Shown piece after piece: positions 49,872-64,000 of a stretch of DNA of 64,000 nt. Each line of letters opens with the position of its first letter. Position 1 is the first letter of the stretch. A program made the translations under genes and the position numbers. The notes below the pieces were generated by a model. It saw nothing but the letters and a program-made list of their open reading frames with translations. It was not told where the DNA came from and did no database searches. Source of the stretch: Klebsormidium nitens (Eukaryota; Plantae; Klebsormidiophyceae); NCBI GenBank assembly GCA_000708835.1, contig DF237469.1, forward strand, positions 786-64,785, read 5' to 3'.

Positions 49872-50347
49872 TGCTGGCAGCCTTGCACGGGCCCGTGCAN
49901 NNNNNNNNNNNNNNNNNNNNNNNNNNNNNNNNNNNNNNNNNNNNNNNNNNNNNNNNNNNNNNNNNNNNNNNNNNNNNNNNNNNNNNNNNNNNNNNNNNNN
50001 NNNNNNNNNNNNNNNNNNNNNNNNNNNNNNNNNNNNNNNNNNNNNNNNNNNNNNNNNNNNNNNNNNNNNNNNNNNNNNNNNNNNNNNNNNNNNNNNNNNN
50101 NNNNNNNNNNNNNNNNNNNNNNNNNNNNNNNNNNNNNNNNNNNNNNNNNNNNNNNNNNNNNNNNNNNNNNNNNNNNNNNNNNNNNNNNNNNNNNNNNNNN
50201 NNNNNNNNNNNNNNNNNNNNNNNNNNNNNNNNNNNNNNNNNNNNNNNNNNNNNNNNNNNNNNNNNNNNNNNNNNNNNNNNNNNNNNNNNNNNNNCCTTGC
50301 ACGGGCCCGTGCAAGGCTGCCAGCACTATATAGCGGGCCGGCCCGCT
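49872..50347. repeat. Perfect palindrome cluster straddling an assembly gap (N 49900-50294)
   Basis: Left flank tgctggcagccttgcacgggcccgtgca and right flank ccttgcacgggcccgtgcaaggctgccagca overlap by 19 bp and merge into a perfect 40-bp palindrome. An adjacent perfect 16-bp palindrome agcgggccggcccgct lies at 50332-50347. Confidence 0.85.
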
Positions 50348-51085
50348 CAGTCAGTAATCGAGGTATACCCAATCGATCATATCATATACTACATGAAACA
50401 TTTGGAACTTATCATTTGGAGTTCTTTAATGCATGATCCTTAGCCCGCCGGCGGGGCCTGCAGCATGTACCTCAGTTTGCCCCGCTGTTTGAGAGGTGGC
50501 GTGCCAGCCAGCCTCGTCCGACACTAGTTCAATTGAACGCCTGCCAGCCAAGGGCCGGGGGTCGCACTAGCGGCACGGAGCAACTGGAACACTGGCGCGT
50601 GGCACCATGTTTGGGGGCCCGATGGTGCATTTTATCATATACAACCACTTTGCTGTCCGGCCGGCGGCCACCTTCGATTGTTTGAAAGCATTGGCAGTGG
50701 TAAGTTTGATATCGATGCCGTGATGCCGCCAATGCCCACCTGGCCGATCAACCTGGCATGAGCTAGCATATGCACACATTTGATTCAATTGAATCTGCAT
50801 AATCACCACTATGTGCAAACCAAACGACAATTGATGCGGATATGGAAAGGCTACCAAAATTACGACGGAATCCTTCATTTTACAAGCCCTTAAGTGACTA
50901 GTGAACTTGGAACAACGTCGTCAACAGACGACCAATAGCATGATCGCCCGAGAACGTTACTCAGCCGCTACTCCCTGCCAGGTCGCTACACCCAATGCGA
51001 CTTCCTAGATCAAACGGCTCATCTGGTGGCTAATTGTTGCGACCCTATGCAGCTGCATAGACCGTTTCCGCGGGTCGCCAGCAGC

Positions 51086-54000
51086 CTAAACCCTCGCTGT
51101 CAGCTTTGCAGTAAACGCGTTCATAGCTTCCACTTGTTCGTATGCAAGCCGTTTCAGATCCGAGTCCAGCGCGTCTAAATCCTGGGCGCTCTTGATTTGT
51201 AACGCCCGCCCGCCCCCTAAGTCTATGCTGATGGCCAAGTCTGCCCCCGGCTCTTCCGACTGTCCCCGGCCGCGAGGTCTGCTGATTCCGGTCAACATTG
51301 GGGTGGCATGAGGCTGAGGCCGGAACGCCAACGGAGTGAGCAGACCGTCTTGGAAGCTGCCGATGGGGGACCCGTTGAAGGAGAAGACGGCTTCGTTGGG
51401 CCGGGGAAGCCGCACGGTTGCGGGCGTGGCGGCAGTGCTGCTGCTTCCACGGATGTGAGAGCTCTGCACCGCGGAAAGGAGCGGGAGCGTGCATTTAGAG
51501 TCGCCTAAGTTTTGTTTCAATTTCTTCGATCAGATAGACTTTATTGGTAACTTTGCTTCGAAGATGTCAGCAGAGGAAATGCTGATCGTAATGGTCCTCT
51601 CTCGCATCAATAATTGCCAGAGTACCGCACCCTCTATTCTCCTTAACGAAGCAGAAACTGAAAATATATGACCTGTCATATACTTTGATTTCCAATTTTA
51701 CGCTTTCCGCGGAACCATTATCGCTAGCTGTGAACGTTACTAACGAACAGCGAACTTGGACAATCTGACAGGCTGGCTGCAATGTCAAGTGCCAACCCGA
51801 AGTGAAGCCGACCACGACGTCCATGTTCTTCCGCAGAGTCATACACGGCAACCTTACAGAAGCCTCATGGCAAGTCAACTCATGCAAGCGTTGGGTTTTC
51901 ATAAGTAGGTATTGCATAGTGCTTCCAGCTCAGAAGCGCTGCCATTAGCCTGGAGCAGTTCCTCAAGATCTGCCTGACGAGTTGCCCACTAACGAGCTGA
52001 TTTCTGGACATCGATTCTTCCGGGATGGGAGACGAAGCGTAAAGGCAGCCACAGCTTTCAAAGCGGAAACCAACTTTCTCTGTTGATTTGTCGAAGCGAG
52101 GCCTCTCCAAGACGGAAGAAATTTCGAGATGAAAACGGTCAAATGTCTATACCATTCAAGGTAGACTCAGACATTGTAGATTTCGATATTCGATGATGAA
52201 AGATCGTCGGAGGGCTGTGAAGATTCCTGTTGAGTGAACCGCAGAAATAACGTCGATTTAGAGTTGAGAGGAGGCTTGTCTCCTCACCACTGGAGTCGCC
52301 AGGGCTTGACTGTTAGATTGCCGCGGCCGCAGCGTTCGTCCCCCTGTTTCCGGAACTGGTTGCTCAACTGCTCCGGCAGCCAGCTCGCGCGCCCGTTTCT
52401 GTCACACAAACGATGACGGAGCAACGTGTCAGAGAACTGCTTACAATAGAAAGCAACGAGCTGGGGCTTCGTAAGCAAATCCAGACAGTACATAAAACAG
52501 TGGCATATATGATGACGTTAGAGAGCGTTAGAGGTAACGACAGGGGGCCTTCGGCTATCCAACGCCGAGGTGCCAGCTGTCAAGCCCGTTCTTGCTCACA
52601 GATTATGACGAGAAATACGTGTCGGGAATGCATCTAGAAGATTGTGGAACAAGAGGATTGTTTGATACTCTGCTCTGTGCTGAACAGCTTCCAGCAGGCA
52701 AAAGAGGGTTCATTCCACTGGCAGGCGAACGAGCAACGCACAGGCTCCTGATCATGTCATCCGTTATATTAATCAAGAGAAAGAAGAAACCTTCCTGATA
52801 AAGGCTTGCCTTGATCGCCGATGAATCAGTAGAATTGGCGTCTTACAAAAGGGGGATTTTGAAAGGTGGCCCTATTGGGTACTGGTCAAGGTTAGCGGAT
52901 TGCTGCCAGAGTGCCAAAACCTTGGAACTTATTTAAAATGACACCTTGCAATCCTGGAGAAAATATTCACCGAGAACAATGGCGTTGCAAGCAAGTATCG
53001 CTGAGGAAGATCCTGAGCACAACTCACTCTGGTTGTCCTGCCTACAGACGGCATGTCAGCAATTGGTGCTGCAGTCCCTTGGCCGTGCCCGCCTTTACCT
53101 GCAGATGGAAGAAGATGGGACTTCACACGAAAGTGGAAGGGTTATTCTTACCAGATTTTCACTAAGGCGGGTGTAAGTAGCCACTCACCTTAGGTTGGTA
53201 AGTTGCTTGTGCCCCTGCATATGACACATACAATCCAAATACGAACCAGATGGTAACTTTATGCAGTTTAGGTTCCTCGAGTTCAATCCCTGGAGCATGA
53301 AGATGACTGCTTTCTGCGGAGACACAGACAATGTGCAGCCATTGCCCAACCGAAGCCGCAGACTCGTCAACAAATCCTGCTTGTCGTGGCACCGCCCTCT
53401 CCTCAGCGGTTTCATAACATCTCACAGCAGTTGTTGTGCACTATGCCACACTCGCAGCTTACTCTGTGGCTCTGGAGTTGCAGCTACTGAGCCCCCAGTC
53501 GGCATCCGCGCATTGACCTGCCCCATTGTTACTGCAGGCTCGGCACTTTGCTCCCGGAATGCAACCAGCGCCATGCTCCGGGTCTTGCTTGGCAGGCCCA
53601 TAACTAGCGCAGTCAGCCGCTCCCGCAGCTCCTGGATCGCGGTCTGTTCCATGTCCATGATCTTTGCGCACCGCTCCTCAACTGCACATGTAGATGAATG
53701 AACCAGATCTTACCAGGTGTATACTGCCGTTGTCTCGGAAAATGGGCCTTAATCTGATACCAAGCAGGATTGGTCGATGGCGTCCCTTCCTATTTGAGCC
53801 TCTGTTGCTGCCAAGCACACAGCTGAAGGTCTGTTTGCACGTGCAATCACCTGGTTGACAAGGCCCATCGCTTCTTGTGAAACAGTCTCTCTTCACCATC
53901 AAGTCTGGACCTCCTGCGTAATTTTTCTAAAGAACTGAGTCCATGGTTTGATACAAGAAGCATCTTCTTGGCACAGCGGAGATTGCGGGCTCGATTACAG

Positions 54001-54268
54001 AAACAAGCACGGGCAGAGAGGCAGAGAAGGAGTGGCTTGGCAACTATCCAGAGAAGGAGGGCTTGGCAGCTGTCCAAAACTTTCTTCTTGATTCAGGTCA
54101 AGACACCGTGAACAACTTCAAGTTTCATTGCTCACCCTCATGGTCAATTTCTTCCAGAAAGTCTTTGAGGCTCCGAACAAGCCGCTTGTATCCTGCATTA
54201 GAGGCATCTTGACGGCCATCCGGTTCGTTGGTGCTCTTATCAGCTAAAGGAGGCCTGGCCCGAGGCAT
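51086..54268 (-). CDS. BORR: Borealin-related protein (chromosomal passenger complex subunit), about 303 aa
   Basis: Exons 54268-54136, 53681-53463, 53098-53028, 52398-52288, 51463-51086, phases consistent. Borealin-N-like LKDFLEEIDHEVEERCAKI...LPSKTRSMALVAFRE and C-terminal RLPRPNEAVFSFNGSP motif. The true start could lie further upstream. Confidence 0.78.
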
Positions 54269-55273
54269 CCTGCTTTATTGGATACAAATGCCTTTGGGCC
54301 TCAGTCAAAGCTCTGCCTTCCAACTTAGCTGCACGTGGACGGCATATTACCATGCAAAGGGATAAACAGCAATCTTCTGGAGAAGGAGAGGGAGAAAAGC
54401 CAGATCCACAGCTCCTTGTGACAGCAAACAAAGAACAAAGAAGAGCCGCTTGCGGCTTCCTTGCTGCTGGTTTTCGCAAAGACTGGCCTGAATTTCAGCC
54501 TAGGCTGAATCAGATTGAGAGACTCATCTTCTCGCAAGTTTAGGCGAGAGGCTGGGTGCGTTTCCCCGCACTTGAATTCATACTGGACAGGCTCAACCAG
54601 AACTCTGGGATCGTAGCCGTCCAAACGTTGATCGGACGTCCAGAGGTGAGCTTTCGGTTGACGAGTCTGAGAACAGAACGGTTCCAACCCTGAGCGAGAC
54701 GCGTAACGCAGAATCCCATTCCTCAGCGCAGCACTTAGGTACTCTGTTCTGCTTCGTCCTGCGCAATGCGCATTTTCTGCTGCTCACGCGACGCTCAAAC
54801 GCTGATGAGATTTGGCAGTCTCAGGTCGCATTTTCCATTGAGAGTCACAAAAGCATGTACCTGAACATCGGTCTTCATCGCTTCGTGGCTCAGAAGCAAG
54901 GGACGGTGGGCTGCAGGAGATCTTCTCTGAAAAGACTAAAGAGGAGACCTCGTTCTGACTGAAAAAGCGAAGTGCATGGCAAGTCTCTTCTGCACTTGCT
55001 AGGGTTACGAACTCGGATAGCAAAAGATACTTGCCTTGTAGTACATTCGTGCGGCAAATGTACTCCCCTGAGCATGGTGCTGCAATGTACTCCAGGAAGG
55101 AGCGGGCCTATTTTCAAGGGAGAACCCTGGAGTACATTTGTGTGTCTGACTGCAAAGGGCCAGCCATGCTGCAGCATATGTAGCAGAAGTCCCCTGGGCA
55201 CCAGTAGGATAGACTAGGGCCACGTCTTTCGGGGTACAGTTTTCTCAAGACCGGGTTGATCAATGAGCGCGCT

Positions 55274-55292
55274 GGGGTTAGGTTAGGGTTAG
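55274..55292 (+). promoter_or_regulatory. Telomere-like (telo-box-like) TTAGGG-type run just upstream of the kinesin ATG
   Basis: ggggttaggttagggttag ends 7 bp before ATG 55300; imperfect match to the plant telo-box AAACCCTA (reverse complement). Confidence 0.3.
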
Positions 55293-55299
55293 CACAACC

Positions 55300-61928
<6,629 letters not shown>

Positions 61929-62005
61929 TGGTTATGATGAACTTGTTGTATCGGGACTTGGAGAGCCTTGACGCACTTGGTATGACGTCAGTAAGTGATC
62001 CATAA

Positions 62006-62299
62006 GGCCATTCGAAGTTGTATCCCGGTTTCCGGTCCTACCCCCTTTTGGGTGGGTCGGTCGGTCGGGAAAAAATAATAATTATATTATGGTCACATTA
62101 TGCTGATAAGGCGCAAAATCTCGAAAATCCTGGGGCAAAAGCCAAAAAGTTCTCCCGGTTTCCTGGTAACCACATAGAACTTGGACTCAAATCCGAAGAG
62201 TTGAAGACCTGGAAGGGATAATGATCATATTTTTTTCCAAAATCCTTCGGATTTTGGGTCGGTCGGGGACCGGAAACCGGGATTTAACTTCGAACGGCC
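62006..62299. mobile_element. About 294 bp Tourist/PIF-Harbinger-like MITE
   Basis: 33-bp TIRs 62006-62038 and 62267-62299 match at 30/33 (GGCCATTCGAAGTTGTATCCCGGTTTCCGGTCC). Flanks are TAA (left) and CAA (right), compatible with a mutated TAA target-site duplication. AT-rich non-coding interior. Confidence 0.7.
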
Positions 62300-63712
62300 C
62301 AAGGGCACTTTCGTGTGCTCAGTCTGTTTGCAGCCATGCTCGCTCACTTCCTGTTGTACTTCCTCTCCAAACGTTTACGTGCAAGGGATTCGGTGGAGTG
62401 CTTCGGACCTCAGGGTCCGTGCCAGCTCGTAAACCGTATAGATGTTCGTTCTGCTTCCGACAACTGTGAAGAAGCGGTGCTTTTGAAGTGGTGCCAGCTC
62501 CTCGGTCTTGCGGTTATTCGTACAGACTTCTGACCGCTATTTTGAGAGTCACCCTGTTGTTTTCTGCATTATCGGGCTCTTCAGCCCTTGCTTGCTGCTT
62601 TCGTGGCATTGAGATCGGATCAGCCCAATCATGGTTCGGAGAATCCGTTGCTGATCGAGAAGAAGGACTGTTTCCACAGAGCATAGTGGAAACGACTGAT
62701 CATTATCAGGCCTCCCGACATCTTTTGACATGACGCATGGCTATGAATGGCTTTGAGGAATATCGAATCTTGCGAAGGTCGATCTTCCACTGACAAAATG
62801 TCGTTTCTTTATGCAGACAAAGATCTCAAAGCTGAGTGCACCCTCACCTCGTTAGGGGCCTCGACATTCAAAAAGTGGGTGCTGCCAAGAGCCGTTAGTT
62901 ATCGGATGCAAACGGGTAGCCAACTTTAGAAAGGAAGAGATGATCGAATTGAATTGATATCATTGAATCTGAAGATTCTACAACATAGAAGGCTGTGTCA
63001 AAAAAGTGTCAAAAACTGGCTTTGCAACTCTACAGCACTCATCCTTCAACTTAATATCTTCTACTTGTAGTACATGATGAAGCAGAACAGGGTTGTGATT
63101 GTCATTCGACATCATTGCAGCGTGCGTGCGGAGTCGAGTCGTTCTATTTTTCCAAAAAGACTCGATGACAATGTCAATGCAATTGATTACGACAGACAGA
63201 CGTCATTGCAAAATCTAGCGTCCATCAAAGCCGACGTGAAAGCCATGGTAGGACTACATCCGAAGTCTCAGGAATTCAATGGATACCTAATCGATGCATC
63301 GAACTTTTATGGGATGATTAGAGGCCTGCGTCGCTCAGGTTCACACGCTGTTCAAAATTGTCGGGTTAGCTGGGGCCACAGCTTCAAGTTGGTGTCGCTT
63401 GGGCAAGTTCTTACCAATCGTCTGGGTGCGACGTGGCCAACTTCAGCCCTGGAAACTTGTGGGGCAATGTGGGCCGTTTGGGACGGCCTCTCCGGCCCGA
63501 AAATTTATAGATCTGTCAGAAAGACGAGCGAATCAGAGACCTTTGTCGGTCGTGTGGATAGCTCTAACGCAACATGCCGACGACTCCCTACATGAGCTTT
63601 CGACTTAATCCGTACAGGCCGACTGCGCGATCGAAAGAGACTCGGATGCCGGCACACGGCAAATCACGATCTCAGAAAGTGCCAACTGGAAAGTATGATG
63701 CCTTCCGTCCAT

Positions 63713-63972
63713 TCAACGTGATCGACGGTCGAGAAGCTGTGCCTGAAAATCCTGCATTGCCGCCATGTCAGGGGCCGGGCGGGCCAGCCTCCAGGGCGCT
63801 ACATCATGATTCAGGATTGTACTCGCGGGAATCTTTTTGGTCGGCAGGAATCTCCATGCAACGGGCCGGTCCCAATCTGCAGACGGCCGGTACACATCTG
63901 AGGCGGTATCATTATTCCTGGTACGAGCACCTCCGGCTACCGGTACCGCCGTGCGGCCGGGCTCCGGCGCAC
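63713..63972 (-). CDS. Possible terminal exon of a gene extending beyond the window; unknown product
   Basis: Acceptor-like ACAATTCAG| at 63973 followed by an open frame (APEPGRTAVP...DWDRPVAWRFLPTKK...LLDRRSR*). No recognisable domain. Confidence 0.25.
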
Positions 63973-64000
63973 CTGAATTGTACGGCGGAGAAATACGGTG

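Noticed and set aside
49781-50443. ORFs spanning the N gap
   Set aside because: Artefacts of untranslatable Ns.
54972-55217. Small Cys-rich ORF (CGKC...CSIC)
   Set aside because: GTG start, no family match, and it lies in the presumed promoter/UTR region.
54269-55299. MSA (AACGG) mitotic elements in the Borealin-kinesin intergenic region
   Set aside because: Only one clear core (about 54677) was seen, with no enrichment.
63074-63595. 173-aa plus-strand ORF
   Set aside because: No recognisable domain or splice support; may be non-coding or a decayed element.

Overview
Eukaryotic, intron-rich draft-genome window with two N gaps (28599-28719, 49900-50294). The gene content mixes land-plant-type genes (RLK/Pelle kinase with SPARK ectodomain, XBAT35-like ligase, class D GATA, DUF616 glycosyltransferase) with a flagellar CFAP97 gene. 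This suggests a flagellate-retaining streptophyte alga such as Klebsormidium (inference, not verified). I reconstructed nine host genes by hand; eight have complete phase-consistent models, while the GATA model is only partly resolved. In order: SPARK-RLK (-), CFAP97-like (+), carnosine N-methyltransferase-like (-), DUF616/MUCI70-like (+), intronless bacterial-type DUF488 (-), XBAT35-like (+), GATA (+), Borealin-related (-), kinesin-8 (+). Mobile DNA: a Ty3/gypsy-type gag ORF without pol followed by an array of palindromic 12-mers, and two MITE-like elements. No rRNA, tRNA or CRISPR array was recognised. Two observations stand out. (1) The bacterial-looking DUF488 protein carries an added C-terminal canonical PCNA-binding PIP box (QAAITEYF), suggesting a horizontally acquired enzyme recruited to the replication/repair clamp. 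(2) Tandem duplications of about 108-168 bp recur across splice junctions or the CDS end in five genes, leaving arrays of decaying 'ghost' exon ends with decoy splice sites.
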